Below are positions 1 to 11,616 of a DNA stretch of 64,000 nucleotides, in pieces. The notes below the pieces were generated by a model. That model was given only the letters and a program-made list of their open reading frames with translations, searched no databases and was not told where the DNA came from. A program made the position numbers and the translations under genes. Origin of the DNA: an uncultured Pelagibacteraceae bacterium (GTDB lineage Bacteria; Pseudomonadota; Alphaproteobacteria; Pelagibacterales; Pelagibacteraceae); contig CACNFE010000006.1 in the NCBI GenBank assembly GCA_902619595.1, positions 3,194 through 67,193 of the forward strand, in the 5' to 3' direction. Within the stretch, counting starts at the first letter, position 1; the number at the start of each line of letters is the position of its first letter.

Positions 1-1
1 A

Positions 2-193
2 ATAGGAAATCCTATATTTGGCGATAATAAATATTTTTTACCCAATCTTAAATCAATAAACAAAAATTTAATGCTTCACTCTTATCAGCTTAAATTTATG
101 ATAAACAATAAAAAATATAAATATACAGCTTTACTTCCAGAATATTTTAAAAAACTTTTAAAAGTTAAAAGATTGCAGTTTAAAGATTTTTAA
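2..193 (+). CDS. C-terminal fragment of RluA-family pseudouridine synthase (runs off window start)
   Basis: Hand translation of frame 2: IGNPIFGDNKY...LMLHSYQLKF...ALLPEYF, matching the RluA GxPIxGDxxY and LHAxxLxF motifs; stop at 191-193. Confidence 0.75.
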   Translation: MGNPIFGDNKYFLPNLKSINKNLMLHSYQLKFMINNKKYKYTALLPEYFKKLLKVKRLQFKDF

Positions 194-794
194 TTAGGTT
201 CTCTAACAAAATTTTCTTTAAATTTGCATATTTAATTTTTTTTATACTTTCAAGATTGGTTACTGCTTTGTTTTTTATTCCACATGGAATGATTTTATTA
301 TATTTTTTTAAATCATTATTTATATTTATTGAAAATCCATGATAAGCAATCCATTTTTTGACTCGAATACCAATTGCAGCTATTTTTTTAATGTTCCCCT
401 CAATTTTAATCCATATACCAATATCTTGCCTGTCTGAAAAACTTTTTATCTTAAATTCTTTTAAAGTATTGATTATTGACTTTTCTATATTTGTAATAAA
501 TTTTCTAATATCTTTATTTCTTTTATTTAAATTTATTACAAAGTAACAAATTAGTTGTCCTTTACCATGCCATGTAATCTTACCTCCACGATTAGTTTTC
601 ATGACCTTTATTTTTTTATCTAAAATTTCACTTTTTCTTGATCTAGAACCAGCTGTATAAATGTCATTGTGTTCTAAAATCCAAATTAATTCTCTCGCCT
701 TACCTTCTATTATTTTATCTAATCTTTTTTCCATAAAAATTACAGCTTTTCTATAATCTACTGGTTTTTTGGATATTTTAATCTCAATATTCAT
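180..794 (-). CDS. lipB: Lipoyl(octanoyl) transferase
   Basis: LEHNDIYTAG, RGGKITWHGKGQL, KIAAIG, HGFSIN and IIPCG motifs. Confidence 0.95.
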   Translation of the reverse strand: MNIEIKISKKPVDYRKAVIFMEKRLDKIIEGKARELIWILEHNDIYTAGSRSRKSEILDKKIKVMKTNRGGKITWHGKGQLICYFVINLNKRNKDIRKFITNIEKSIINTLKEFKIKSFSDRQDIGIWIKIEGNIKKIAAIGIRVKKWIAYHGFSININNDLKKYNKIIPCGIKNKAVTNLESIKKIKYANLKKILLENLIKNL

Positions 795-855
795 TTATTA
801 AATTGTATTATATTTATTATGTATTAATAGTGCTTATAAATTATGAAATGAATTT

Positions 856-2232
856 ATGACTTTAGTAAAAAAAATAAAAGATAAAAAAGTTAATTTCGAA
901 TTTAATAAAGAATTTATTAAAGTAGTAACTGATAAAATCGCGAGCAACGATGCAGAATTTATATCAAATTCATTTAGAGAAATGCACCCATCTGATGCAG
1001 CTGATATTATTGAGCATTTAAATGAGTCTGATAGAGAAAATTTAATTAAATTAAATAACTTTAAAATTGACCCGCAGGTATTTGTTGAACTTAATGAGGC
1101 AGTTCAAACAGAAATAATAAAATACCTTTCAAAAGACTCCATTGTTTATATCTTAAAAAATTTAGAATCTGACGACTCAATAAAAATTATCGAAAATTTA
1201 AGTGAAGAAAATAAAAATGACATTTTGAGATCACTTCCACCAAAGGACCGGTTTGTTCTTCTTGAGAGTTTAAGTTACCCAGAGGACTCCGCCGCTAGAA
1301 TAATGCAAAGAGAATTTACGGCAATACCAAGTAATTGGTCCGTTGGACAAACAATCGATTATTTAAGAGAGAATAAAGATCTACCAGAGGAATTTCTAGA
1401 AATCTTTGTAGTTGATAACGAATTTCAGCCAATTGGTACAGTTCCATCATCAAAAGTATTAAGAACCTCAAGAGACACTAAAATGATTACGATTATGAAT
1501 GAGTCACAATTATCAATACCGGTTGATATGGATAGAGAAGAAGTTGGTCATTTATTTGAAAATTATAATCTTAACTCAGCATGTGTTGTAGATAAAAATA
1601 ATAAGTTGGTTGGAATGATAACAAGCGATGATGTTCTTACCGTGTTAAAGGAGGAAGCAGAAGAGGATGCTTTACGTTTAGCAGGGGTTGGTGACGAAGA
1701 AATTACTGACGGCGTTTTTAAAAAAACAAAAAGAAGATTTAATTGGCTTTTGTTAAATCTATTTACTGCTTTTTTAGCAACATGGGTTATAAGTATTTTT
1801 GGGGCAACAATTGAACAAATGGTTGCATTAGCATTTTTAATGCCAATAGTTGCATCAATGGGAGGCAATGCGGGGATGCAAACACTTGCGGTCACAATTA
1901 GAACAATTGCAACTAATGAATTAACAAAAAATAATTTTACACAAAATATTGTTAAAGAATTTTCAATAGGAATTCTTAATGGAATTATTTTTGCTATAAT
2001 TAGTGCAATTATTGTTCAGCTTTGGTTTAATGATATTCAATTATCGCTTATAATTTCAATTTCTATGATACTAAATATGATAGTAGCTGGTTTATTTGGT
2101 ATCCTGGTACCGATTTCTTTAAAAAGATTCAATATAGACCCAGCAATAGCATCAAGTGTTTTTGTTACTACAATAACTGATGTTATAGGTTTCCTCTCTT
2201 TTCTAGGTATAGGTGCATATTTCTTTTATTAA
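856..2232 (+). CDS. mgtE: Magnesium transporter MgtE
   Basis: HPSDAAD N-domain, CBS pair, MGGNAGMQ and DPAIASSVFVTTITD transmembrane motifs. Confidence 0.95.
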   Translation: MTLVKKIKDKKVNFEFNKEFIKVVTDKIASNDAEFISNSFREMHPSDAADIIEHLNESDRENLIKLNNFKIDPQVFVELNEAVQTEIIKYLSKDSIVYILKNLESDDSIKIIENLSEENKNDILRSLPPKDRFVLLESLSYPEDSAARIMQREFTAIPSNWSVGQTIDYLRENKDLPEEFLEIFVVDNEFQPIGTVPSSKVLRTSRDTKMITIMNESQLSIPVDMDREEVGHLFENYNLNSACVVDKNNKLVGMITSDDVLTVLKEEAEEDALRLAGVGDEEITDGVFKKTKRRFNWLLLNLFTAFLATWVISIFGATIEQMVALAFLMPIVASMGGNAGMQTLAVTIRTIATNELTKNNFTQNIVKEFSIGILNGIIFAIISAIIVQLWFNDIQLSLIISISMILNMIVAGLFGILVPISLKRFNIDPAIASSVFVTTITDVIGFLSFLGIGAYFFY

Positions 2233-2234
2233 AA

Positions 2235-3044
2235 TTAGACATTATCAATTAATCTTGTTTTTTTAATAAAAAAAGCAACAAATATTTTAAAATTATTTTG
2301 GTTGAAATTAGAAGAAAGATTATTTTTATTTCGTATCTCTAAATATTGTAAATTTATATTATTACTTTTTATTAATTTTTTAATTTCAGTTATTTTATCT
2401 TGATTTTTAAAATTTTTTTTAATTAAAAAAAATAGTTTTTTAATTGCTCGAGATACTTTAGATGCCTTTAGTAAATCTTTTTTATTTAAACGTACATTTC
2501 TTGATGAAAAGGGCAGTTCATATTTACTCCTAACTGTTTCACAAATATAAACTTTTGTCTTAAATTTTCTTTTAATGAAATTTTTTATTAAATAAGCTTG
2601 TTGAAAATCTTTTTCCCCCAAAAAAATATATTTTGATCTAATTTTTTTTAGAAATTTATTAATAATACCCAAAACGCCCTCAAAATGCCCCGGTCTATAT
2701 TTAGCACATAAAACCTTATATTTATTAAGAATTGGAATTTTCATTTCTTTTTTTGTTTTAAACATATCCTTTATTGACGGTATAAGTACATAATCAACTT
2801 TTAATCTTTTAAGAATTAAAAGATCATTATGAATATTTCTTGGATAATTTTTATAATCATTTTTATTATTAAATTGAGATGGGTTTACAAAAATAGATAC
2901 GATTGTTTTTTTGCATTTTTTTTTGCATGTATTAATCAAAGAAACATGACCTTTATGTAAAGAACCCATTGTAGGAACAAAACCAATATTTGCCTTAAAA
3001 TTAACTTCTTTTATAAGTGTATTTATACTTTTAAATATTATCAT
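2235..3044 (-). CDS. panC: Pantoate--beta-alanine ligase
   Basis: GFVPTMGSLHKGH, SIFVNPSQF, RPGHFEGV, GEKDFQQ, SSRN, RLIDN. Confidence 0.93.
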   Translation of the reverse strand: MIIFKSINTLIKEVNFKANIGFVPTMGSLHKGHVSLINTCKKKCKKTIVSIFVNPSQFNNKNDYKNYPRNIHNDLLILKRLKVDYVLIPSIKDMFKTKKEMKIPILNKYKVLCAKYRPGHFEGVLGIINKFLKKIRSKYIFLGEKDFQQAYLIKNFIKRKFKTKVYICETVRSKYELPFSSRNVRLNKKDLLKASKVSRAIKKLFFLIKKNFKNQDKITEIKKLIKSNNINLQYLEIRNKNNLSSNFNQNNFKIFVAFFIKKTRLIDNV

Positions 3045-3076
3045 TTATGATAGTTCATAATTTAAAATAATTATTA

Positions 3077-3892
3077 ATGATTAAACAAGCCATCATACCA
3101 CTAGCTGGACAAGGAACAAGACTTTTGCCACTAACAAGTGTTTTTGCAAAAGAACTTCTCCCTATTAATGGCAAACCTGGTATTGAATATATATTAGATG
3201 AATGTATCGAAGCAGGCATTAAAGAAATAATTTTTATAATTTCAAAAAAAAAACAATTAATAAAGAAATATTTTTATAATGATAGTTTTTACAAAAAAAT
3301 TATAAAAACTAAAAAAGATAAAAGAATCAAATATGAATATGAAAAAATTAAAAAATTTAAAAAAATGATAAAATTTGTTTATCAAAATAAACCTTTGGGA
3401 ACAGGTGATGCAGTTTTGAAAACAAAAAAATTTATTAAGGATAAATTTTTTTTGATGCTTTTACCTGATGATTTAATTATTAAAAGAAATTGTTCTAAAG
3501 ATATGATTTTAGTTCATAAGAAATATAATTGTTCTGTAATGGCAAGTATGAATGTTAAAAGAAATACTGTTAAAAGATGGGGTATTTATTCCAAAGAAAA
3601 AAAAATAAATAAAAATAATTTTTTTATAAAAGATGTAGTTGAAAAACCAGAAATTAAATTTGCACCCTCTAATTCTGCGGTGATTGGAAGATATATTTTA
3701 AGTAAAGATATTTTTAAAAAACTTAAAAATCAAAAGAAAGGCAAGGGTGGGGAGATTCATATAACAGACTCGATCAAAAGATTAATTGAGAGTGGACATA
3801 AAATTATAGGCCATAATTTTTCAGGTAAATATTTAGACTGCGGGACTATGAAAGGCTATATTAAATCATCAATGGAAATTTCTAAATTATGA
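3077..3892 (+). CDS. galU: UTP--glucose-1-phosphate uridylyltransferase
   Basis: [40 protein letters not shown]. Confidence 0.9.
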   Translation: MIKQAIIPLAGQGTRLLPLTSVFAKELLPINGKPGIEYILDECIEAGIKEIIFIISKKKQLIKKYFYNDSFYKKIIKTKKDKRIKYEYEKIKKFKKMIKFVYQNKPLGTGDAVLKTKKFIKDKFFLMLLPDDLIIKRNCSKDMILVHKKYNCSVMASMNVKRNTVKRWGIYSKEKKINKNNFFIKDVVEKPEIKFAPSNSAVIGRYILSKDIFKKLKNQKKGKGGEIHITDSIKRLIESGHKIIGHNFSGKYLDCGTMKGYIKSSMEISKL

Positions 3893-5189
3893 AACTGTGT
3901 ATGATAGGAACTGGATATGTTGGTCTAGTTAGTGGCGTTTGTTTTGCTGATCTTGGAAATGATGTTGTTTGTGTAGATAAAGATATTTTTAAGATTAATA
4001 AACTAAAAAAAGGAATTATTCCCATATATGAACCTGGATTAAGTGAATTAGTAAAAAAAAAACTATAAATCTGGTAGATTAAATTTTACCACAAATTTAG
4101 CAGAAGCCATTAAAAACTCCCAAGTCATTTTTATTTGCGTAGGTACTCCTACAAAGAAAAATAGTAACGCAGCTGATTTATCTCAGGTTTTTAATGTTGC
4201 TAAAGAAATAGGCAAATTTATAAAAAGCTTTAAAATAATTGTAACTAAATCTACAGTTCCTGTTACAACAGGAGATAAAATAGAAAAAATTTTATTAAAA
4301 AATACTAAAAGAAAAAACTTTTCTGTCATATCTAATCCTGAATTTTTAAGGGAAGGAGATGCGATAAATGATTTTTTCTTTCCAGATAGAATTGTTATAG
4401 GTACATCAGATAAAAGAACTAATAAATTAATGTACTCTCTTTATGCACCGCTATTATCAAAAGGGGCAAAATATGTGAACTCTTCGAGAAGAGGAGCTGA
4501 ACTAATAAAGTATGCCTCAAATGCATTTCTTGCTACAAAAATTACTTTTATTAATGAATTAGCTAACTTGTCAGAAAAAATAGGAGTAAATATTGAGGAT
4601 ATATCAATAGGTATGGGGCTAGATAAAAGAATAGGTGGTAGGTTTTTAAGGGCAGGGCCAGCCTATGGTGGATCATGTTTTCCTAAGGATACGCGTGCAA
4701 TTGTTGATACCGCAAAAGAATTCAAGACTGATTTATCGATTATTAAAAATGTAATTAAATCCAACGAAAATAGATCCAAGATACTTTTAAATAGAATATC
4801 AAAATTATTAAAAAATAAGGTTAAAAATAAAAGAATTACCTTCCTAGGAGTAACATTTAAAGCAAATACTGATGATATGCGAGAGTCATCTAGTCTTGTA
4901 ATGATTCCCTCACTAATATCAAAGGGTGCCAAGATTAAATATTACGATCCTAGTGGATACAAAGAAGATTTTGATAAATTTAAAAAATGTTTCTTTTAGT
5001 GAAAATATTAAATCTGCATGCATAGATGCAGATATGATCATAATTCATACTGAATGGAATGATTTTAAAGCCCTTAATTTTAAAAAATTATCAAGCAAAA
5101 AAAATGTTATTATTTACGATATGAGAAATATTCTATCACCAGATAAAATGAAAAAAGATAAAATAAATTATTTTGGTATTGGACGATAG
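3889..5189 (+). pseudogene. ugd: UDP-glucose 6-dehydrogenase interrupted by two +1 frameshifts (or sequencing errors)
   Basis: ATG 3889 gives [14 protein letters not shown]...PIYEPGL, stopping at 4066-4068 after an A10 run (4053-4062). The next frame carries CVGTP, KSTVP, SNPEFLREG, GGSCFPKD and FKANTDDMRES. A second shift near 4979-4987 leads to IHTEWNDF...YDMRN...YFGIGR. Confidence 0.85.
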
Positions 5190-5651
5190 TTATTTTAGCT
5201 CAAAAATTGCATCAACTTCAACAGCCACGCCAAGAGGCAAACTATTCGTGCTCACAGCAGCCCTAGTATGAATACCGCTTTCACCAAATATTTTAGCAAT
5301 CGTATCAGATGCACCGTTGATTACTTTTGGCTGCTCAGTGAATTCGTCAGTTGAATTTACAAAACCAGTTAACTTAATACAGGATTTAATTTTTGATAAA
5401 TCATTATTACAAGCTTTTTTTGCTTGAGCAGCTATATTTAAGGCACATCGCTCTGCAGCTTTATAAGCTTGATCTGTATTTAGGTCTTGTCCTACTTTGC
5501 CTTTTATTAATTTACCATTTTCGTCTATTGAAATTTGACCAGATATGTAGAGTAAATTATTTACAATTTTGGCCGCCACATAGGCTCCTACTGGATCAGC
5601 AGCATTAGGTAAAACAATATTATTTTTTTTTATGTTTTCTTCAAAACTCAT
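5190..5651 (-). CDS. RidA/YjgF family protein
   Basis: PVGAYV, LYISGQI, GIHTRAAV, LPLGVAVEVD. Confidence 0.88.
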   Translation of the reverse strand: MSFEENIKKNNIVLPNAADPVGAYVAAKIVNNLLYISGQISIDENGKLIKGKVGQDLNTDQAYKAAERCALNIAAQAKKACNNDLSKIKSCIKLTGFVNSTDEFTEQPKVINGASDTIAKIFGESGIHTRAAVSTNSLPLGVAVEVDAIFELK

Positions 5652-8230
5652 TTTTTCTTTTTTTTCTTATTTCTATCGTATTCTCTTCTTTTCTCAATTA
5701 ATATCAAGGCCTCTTCCATGGTTAATTCTGTTGGATCTTTTTCTTCTGGTATAGTGGCATTAAGGGATTTATATTTTATGTAAGGTCCATATTGACCCTT
5801 CATAATTCTTACTGGCTTTTTATCTTCTGGATGTTCGCCCAAATCCTTTATTAATGACGAAGATATTCTTCCTGGTTTTGCTTCTGCGATTAAAGTTATA
5901 GCCCTGTTTAAACCTATATTAAAAATTTCCTCTACATTTTCCAATCTTGCAGATTTATTTTCACATTTTAAATATGGACCAAAACGTCCAGAGTTTAAAA
6001 AAATTTCCATGTTATTTTCTGGGTTAAGACCAAGGCTTTTGGGTAAAGAGCATAAAAATTTTGCACGTTCCAAATCTATTGTATCAATATCAATTCCTTT
6101 CGGTATTGAAACGTTTTTAAGATTTTCGTTTGTTTCATTTTTTTGTTTTTTCTTTTTCTTTTTTTTAATTTCAATTTCTTCAGGATTTTTTTCATATTGT
6201 AGATAAGGTCCAAATCTTCCATTTTTTAAATAAATATCTTTACCTAAATCGTTCTGACCTATTAATTTAGGTTCAGCCAAGTTTACTTGCGCTGCCGCTT
6301 TTGCTTTAGACAAAGGTCTAGTAAACTTACAATCAGGATAATTAGAACATCCAATAAATGCACCACCTCTAAAACTATTTTTTAAACTTAACATACCTTC
6401 ATTGGGTGATTTGCACGATTTATTATATAATTTACAACTTCTATCTACTTTTCCTTCAGAATTCGTCTCAAACACAAGAGTTCCTAGGCTTTCATTGAGT
6501 AAATCTAATACTTCTCTGGTCCTTTTTTCTTTTACGGATGTTACATTTTTATTAAAGTCAGACCAAAATTGGTCTAAAACCTTTACCCAATCCTCCTTTC
6601 CAGAGGTAATATCATCTAATTGATCTTCTAATTTAGCAGTAAAACTGTAATCGACATATTTTGTAAAAAGTTTTTCTAAAAAAGCAGAAATTAATTTTCC
6701 TCTATCTGTGGGAAAAAAACGTTTATTCACGATATCTGCGTAACCTCGGTTAGCTATTACAGATATTATACTTGCATAAGTTGAAGGTCTACCTATACCA
6801 AGCTCCTCTAGTTTTTTAACAAGACTAGCTTCAGAATATCTAGGTGGAGGTTGTGTAAAGTGTTGTTCATCAATAAAGCTCTCAATATTAATCGGACCTT
6901 TTGAAACTTCTGGCAATATTTTTTCTTCATTATTTTCATCATCTAAATTATATAGTTTTAAAAATCCATCAAACTTAATTACTGATCCACTAGCTCGAAA
7001 TATATGTTTATTGTCCTCTGAATTAATTAGTATAGTTTTTCTATCAAATTTTGCAGATTGCATCTGAGAAGATAAAGCTCTAGACCAAATAAGATTATAG
7101 AGTTTATATTGATCAGAGCTTAAATATTTTTTTAAGCTATTAGGATCACTTGTTATATTTGTAGGTCTTATTGCTTCATGAGCTTCTTGTGCATTTTTAG
7201 CTTTCTTACCTGAGTAATTATTTGGCTCCCCTGGCAAATATTCTTTACCATAATTACTATTAATATAGTCTCTAAATTCTGTGACTGCATCTTTAGAAAT
7301 ATTAGTTCCATCTGTACGCATGTAGGTGATTAATCCCTTTGTATCACCCTCAATATCAATGCCTTGATACAATCTTTGAGCTATTTGCATAGTTCTTGAA
7401 GCACCAAACCCTAATTTGCTGGATGCAGACTGTTGTAAAGTAGATGTAGTAAAAGGACCTACAGGATTTCTAGTAAAAACTTTTGAAGATATATCTGATA
7501 TTTTGTATTTTTGACTTTTAATTATTTCAATAGCTTTATTAATATCATCCTTTTTTCTAAATGAAAATTTTTCTACTTTTTTTCCATCAAGCTGAAAAAC
7601 ATTTGATGTAATACTTGAATTATTTTCTGTTTTAAAAATCACGTTTAAAGTCCAAAATTCCTCTGGTTTAAAAATTTCGATTTCATGCTCCCTTTCAGTA
7701 AGCAACTTTAAAGCTACAGATTGAACTCTACCTGCTGATTTTGATCCGGGTAGTTTAGTCCATAAGATTGGTGAAATATTAAAACCAACTAAATAGTCTA
7801 GTGCTCTTCTAGCCATGTAAGCATCTACTAAATGATCCTCAATTTCTCTAGGATTTTCTATACCATTAGTAACAGCCTTTTTTGTGATTTCATTAAAAAC
7901 AACTCTTTCGATTTTTTTTCCTTTAAGTAGTTTTTTTTCGTCTAAAAATTCTTTAACATGCCAAGCTATGGCTTCACCTTCACGATCTGGGTCTGTTGCT
8001 AAAATTATTTTATCAGATTCTTTTGCAACATCAGTTATTTCTTTTAGATATTTTTTTGAAAAACTATCTATTTCCCAGATCATTTTGAATTGATTGTCTG
8101 GGTCAACTGATCCATTTTTTGATGGTAAATCTCTAATATGTCCATAACTAGCAAGAACAGTAAAATCTTTACCTAAATATTTGTTTATAGTTTTCGCTTT
8201 TGCAGGACTTTCAACTATGACAAGGTTCAT
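5648..8230 (-). CDS. topA: DNA topoisomerase I
   Basis: LVIVESPAKAKTI, ATDPDREGE, SAGRVQS, ITYMRTD, AHEAIRPT, C-terminal GRFGPY repeats. Confidence 0.97.
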   Translation of the reverse strand: MNLVIVESPAKAKTINKYLGKDFTVLASYGHIRDLPSKNGSVDPDNQFKMIWEIDSFSKKYLKEITDVAKESDKIILATDPDREGEAIAWHVKEFLDEKKLLKGKKIERVVFNEITKKAVTNGIENPREIEDHLVDAYMARRALDYLVGFNISPILWTKLPGSKSAGRVQSVALKLLTEREHEIEIFKPEEFWTLNVIFKTENNSSITSNVFQLDGKKVEKFSFRKKDDINKAIEIIKSQKYKISDISSKVFTRNPVGPFTTSTLQQSASSKLGFGASRTMQIAQRLYQGIDIEGDTKGLITYMRTDGTNISKDAVTEFRDYINSNYGKEYLPGEPNNYSGKKAKNAQEAHEAIRPTNITSDPNSLKKYLSSDQYKLYNLIWSRALSSQMQSAKFDRKTILINSEDNKHIFRASGSVIKFDGFLKLYNLDDENNEEKILPEVSKGPINIESFIDEQHFTQPPPRYSEASLVKKLEELGIGRPSTYASIISVIANRGYADIVNKRFFPTDRGKLISAFLEKLFTKYVDYSFTAKLEDQLDDITSGKEDWVKVLDQFWSDFNKNVTSVKEKRTREVLDLLNESLGTLVFETNSEGKVDRSCKLYNKSCKSPNEGMLSLKNSFRGGAFIGCSNYPDCKFTRPLSKAKAAAQVNLAEPKLIGQNDLGKDIYLKNGRFGPYLQYEKNPEEIEIKKKKKKKQKNETNENLKNVSIPKGIDIDTIDLERAKFLCSLPKSLGLNPENNMEIFLNSGRFGPYLKCENKSARLENVEEIFNIGLNRAITLIAEAKPGRISSSLIKDLGEHPEDKKPVRIMKGQYGPYIKYKSLNATIPEEKDPTELTMEEALILIEKRREYDRNKKKKKK

Positions 8231-8268
8231 AGTAAAAAGAACCTACATAATTGATTTAAATAGTCAAA

Positions 8269-8847
8269 TTAATAAATTTTTGTCTTAGATTCAGTATTAT
8301 TTATTAAGCGTTTTACATTCTGTCGATGTGTATAGAAAATCAAAATGAACAGAATTATGAAAAAATAATAATTATCATTGTTCAAATAAAAAAAGTGAAA
8401 AATCGGTATTGATAGAGTTGCTAAAATTGAAGACAGAGAGGAGTATTTAAAAATTAAAAAAATAATAATCCATATAGTAATAAAAACTAAACCAAGTAAA
8501 TAATTTATACAAAAAAGTATTCCAAGGTATGTTGCAACTCCTTTTCCACCTTTAAACTTAAGCCACACCGGAAACACATGTCCTATAAATGCACAAAGTG
8601 ATCCTAAATATATAAAATCTAGATAATAAAATTTTAAATACAAAAGTGGTATAACAGCTTTTAGTATATCCAATATTAGTGTGCTATAACCAATTAATTT
8701 ATTTCCAGTTCGAAGAGCATTTGTTGCTCCTATATTTCCCGATCCAATTTCACGAATATCTTTCTTTAGAATAATTTTTGTTAAAATATAACCAAACGGT
8801 ATTGAGCCCAATAAATAACAAAAAAAAGATATGAATAGTAATTCCAT
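8269..8847 (-). CDS. plsY: Glycerol-3-phosphate acyltransferase PlsY
   Basis: YLLGSIPFG, GSGNIGATN, GHVFP, GGKGVAT, HRQN; start moved to MELL so it does not overlap pyrC. Confidence 0.93.
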   Translation of the reverse strand: MELLFISFFCYLLGSIPFGYILTKIILKKDIREIGSGNIGATNALRTGNKLIGYSTLILDILKAVIPLLYLKFYYLDFIYLGSLCAFIGHVFPVWLKFKGGKGVATYLGILFCINYLLGLVFITIWIIIFLIFKYSSLSSILATLSIPIFHFFYLNNDNYYFFIILFILIFYTHRQNVKRLINNTESKTKIY

Positions 8848-8848
8848 G

Positions 8849-10135
8849 TTACAATTTAAATAGTTCAACACCTTTAACAAAGGTATTTGTTACTTTCCCT
8901 TGAAGTTTTTTATCTTCAATACAAGTATTTTTCGATTTTGAAATCATTTTTTCTTTTTTAACTATCCAAGGTTTATTAATATCGACAATACAAAAATCAG
9001 CATCATTTCCAATTGATAAATTTCCTTTATCGATTTTAAGAACTCTAGCAGGATTGCTAGTTAATAACTTTATTATCTTTGGTAATTTAATTGAGTTATT
9101 GTGAAAAAGCTCTAAGGAAAGCGGCAGTAGTGTTTCTATACCAGAGGCTCCAGTAGCTGCTTGTGAGAATGTAAGCCTTTTCGACTCTTCATCCTCTGGC
9201 TTATGATCTGATACTAAAACTTCAATTAAATCTTTATTAATACCTCTTATTAGAGATTGTCTATCTTCCTCAGTTCTTAAAGGGGGTGATAATTTTAAAA
9301 ATGTCCTAAAATCACCTATATCATTTTCATTTAAAGAGAGATTGTTAATTGAAACACCGGTTGTGAAGTCTATTTGGTCCTTTTTTTTTTCAATTACCTC
9401 CAAAGACTTTGAAGATGATATCTGTGATATATGATATCTACAATTAAAATCTTCTAATAAAGACAAATCTCTTTCAATTATTATTTTTTCAGCAACCTCT
9501 GGAATTCCTTGAAGACCGAGTTTAGTTGCAATTACACCATCATTCATCATACCATTCTGCGATAATTCGTTGTCTTCCGCGTGCTGCATTATTAGACAAC
9601 CCAGGTCAAATGCGGATCTCATTATTCTTGACATTAAGCGACTGTTTTGAATTGTTTTTATTCCATCAGTAAAACCTATAATTCCTTTCTTTTGTAATAA
9701 ACCAAATTCAGTCATGTTATTTCCTTCTAAATTTTTTGTGAGAGAGGCAGAAGGATAAATATTTATTTTTGATTTATCTCTCCCACGTCTCTTTAAAAAA
9801 TCAACAATTGAAACATTGTCTATTATCGGACTTGTATTTGGCATTGTTACTACAGACGTAACTCCGCCAGCCAAGGCTGCACTACTTAATGTTTTAAAGT
9901 TCTCTTTATATTCATAACCAGGCTCACCAACAAAAACACGCATATCGACTAGACCTGGAAATATATGCTTTCCACTTAAATCAATGAATTTTTCTCTTGA
10001 AGGTATGTTGTTTTTATTAACTTTTTTTCCAACAGCTTCAATTTTTCCTTCCTCGCTTATAATTAAGCCACCCATTTCATCCAAGGAATTTTTGGGATCT
10101 ATTATTGTGGCATTTAAAAAATATTGTTTTTTCAT
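8849..10135 (-). CDS. pyrC: Dihydroorotase-family protein, probably the non-catalytic PyrC-like ATCase subunit
   Basis: Amidohydrolase fold ([28 protein letters not shown]) next to pyrB; the metal-binding HxH reads DMRVF. Confidence 0.85.
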   Translation of the reverse strand: MKKQYFLNATIIDPKNSLDEMGGLIISEEGKIEAVGKKVNKNNIPSREKFIDLSGKHIFPGLVDMRVFVGEPGYEYKENFKTLSSAALAGGVTSVVTMPNTSPIIDNVSIVDFLKRRGRDKSKINIYPSASLTKNLEGNNMTEFGLLQKKGIIGFTDGIKTIQNSRLMSRIMRSAFDLGCLIMQHAEDNELSQNGMMNDGVIATKLGLQGIPEVAEKIIIERDLSLLEDFNCRYHISQISSSKSLEVIEKKKDQIDFTTGVSINNLSLNENDIGDFRTFLKLSPPLRTEEDRQSLIRGINKDLIEVLVSDHKPEDEESKRLTFSQAATGASGIETLLPLSLELFHNNSIKLPKIIKLLTSNPARVLKIDKGNLSIGNDADFCIVDINKPWIVKKEKMISKSKNTCIEDKKLQGKVTNTFVKGVELFKL

Positions 10136-11070
10136 TCACAAAAAATTTTAAGACAAGCCATTCTAACAGCTACGCCTAATTCAACTTGTTCTTTTATTAC
10201 ACTTTTATTGATATCGTCTGCCAATTTTGTATCAATTTCTATACCTCTATTCATTGGACCTGGATGCATAATTAAAGCATCTTTTTTAGCATAATCTAAC
10301 TTGTCGGGTGTTAGACCAAAGTATTCATAATATTCTCTATTAGATGACAAAAATGAACTACTCATTCTTTCATTTTGTAATCTTAACATCATCACTATAT
10401 CACAATCTTTTAAACCTTTTTTCATATCCGAAAAAGTATTAACACCCAACTTCTCAATATCTTTTGGCATTAAATTCGATGGAGCAACAATGTTTACTTC
10501 TGCTCCTAACATGTTTAACAAATAAATATTTGACCTTGCTACTCGTGAATGCAAAATGTCACCACAAATAGCTATCCTTAATCCTTGAACTTTGTCTTTT
10601 CTATCAATTATTGTTAATGCATCAAGAAGAGCTTGAGTTGGGTGTTCTCGTCTACCATCTCCTGCATTTAAAACTGCACAATTTACTTTTTGTGATAAAA
10701 GATTACATGCACCAGAATCTTGATGTCTGATGACAATGATATCAGGATGCATAGCATTTAGCGTCATTGCAGTATCAATAAGAGTTTCACCTTTTTTGAT
10801 TGCTGAATTAGTTATGTTCATTGACATCACGTCAGCCCCGAGTCTTTTTCCTGCTAATTCAAAGGAGCTTTGGGTTCTTGTAGATGGCTCGAAGAATAGA
10901 TTAATTTGAGTCTTTCCTCTCAATATATCAAGTTTTTTATTTTTACTCTTATTTAATGATATAAATTTTTTTGCCTCATCCAAAATAAGATGGATATCTT
11001 TAATAGATAAATCTTGGATTCCTAATAAGTGTTTTTGAGAAATTTTAATAGCTTTTTCTGATGATGCCAT
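10132..11070 (-). CDS. pyrB: Aspartate carbamoyltransferase catalytic subunit
   Basis: [36 protein letters not shown]; start probably MASSEK at 11070. Confidence 0.95.
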   Translation of the reverse strand: MASSEKAIKISQKHLLGIQDLSIKDIHLILDEAKKFISLNKSKNKKLDILRGKTQINLFFEPSTRTQSSFELAGKRLGADVMSMNITNSAIKKGETLIDTAMTLNAMHPDIIVIRHQDSGACNLLSQKVNCAVLNAGDGRREHPTQALLDALTIIDRKDKVQGLRIAICGDILHSRVARSNIYLLNMLGAEVNIVAPSNLMPKDIEKLGVNTFSDMKKGLKDCDIVMMLRLQNERMSSSFLSSNREYYEYFGLTPDKLDYAKKDALIMHPGPMNRGIEIDTKLADDINKSVIKEQVELGVAVRMACLKIFCE

Positions 11071-11112
11071 TAAAACCAACTCTATAGACTGTAAGAGCGA
11101 ATTAGGCAAGCA

Positions 11113-11568
11113 TTAATTATTTAAATAATCGATTGCGCCCTGAAGAATGAATGTCGCTGCATTTTCATCAATTTTTTTTACTCTTTTTGTGATATTCGCT
11201 TCTAAATTACTTGATAATTTAAATGCAGCTACTGTAGAAAGTCTTTCATCCCAAAGACAGATAGGGATATTTATTGATTTCTCAATATTTAATGCAATAC
11301 TTTTAACTGAATGAGATGATTTACCTAAACTTCCATCCATATTTATTGGATAACCAATTATTAGGCCTTTAATATTATTTTCATTTATAATAGCTCTCAA
11401 CTCATCAATAAGTTTGTCCGAGCTTGATTTTATTAATGTTTTATGGGGAGTGGCTATAGTTTGATTTTCATCGCTTATAGATAGTCCAATCCTTTTAGAA
11501 CCTAGGTCTAAACCTAGCAATCTAACCTTATTAGTTTGTTTTTTTTTAAAATCTTCAATAGTGATCAT
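11113..11568 (-). CDS. yqgF: YqgF/RuvX family pre-16S rRNA nuclease
   Basis: LLGLDLGSKRIG, GYPINMDG, WDERLST, AATFILQG; start moved to MITIED so it does not overlap gatC. Confidence 0.9.
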   Translation of the reverse strand: MITIEDFKKKQTNKVRLLGLDLGSKRIGLSISDENQTIATPHKTLIKSSSDKLIDELRAIINENNIKGLIIGYPINMDGSLGKSSHSVKSIALNIEKSINIPICLWDERLSTVAAFKLSSNLEANITKRVKKIDENAATFILQGAIDYLNN

Positions 11569-11616
11569 ATTGTATATTTTATACTTAAGTGATACTTTGC
11601 GATATTTAACTACCAC

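Noticed and set aside
4430-5189. ORFs 4430-4999 and 4926-5189 as separate genes
   Set aside because: They are consecutive pieces of one frameshifted ugd.
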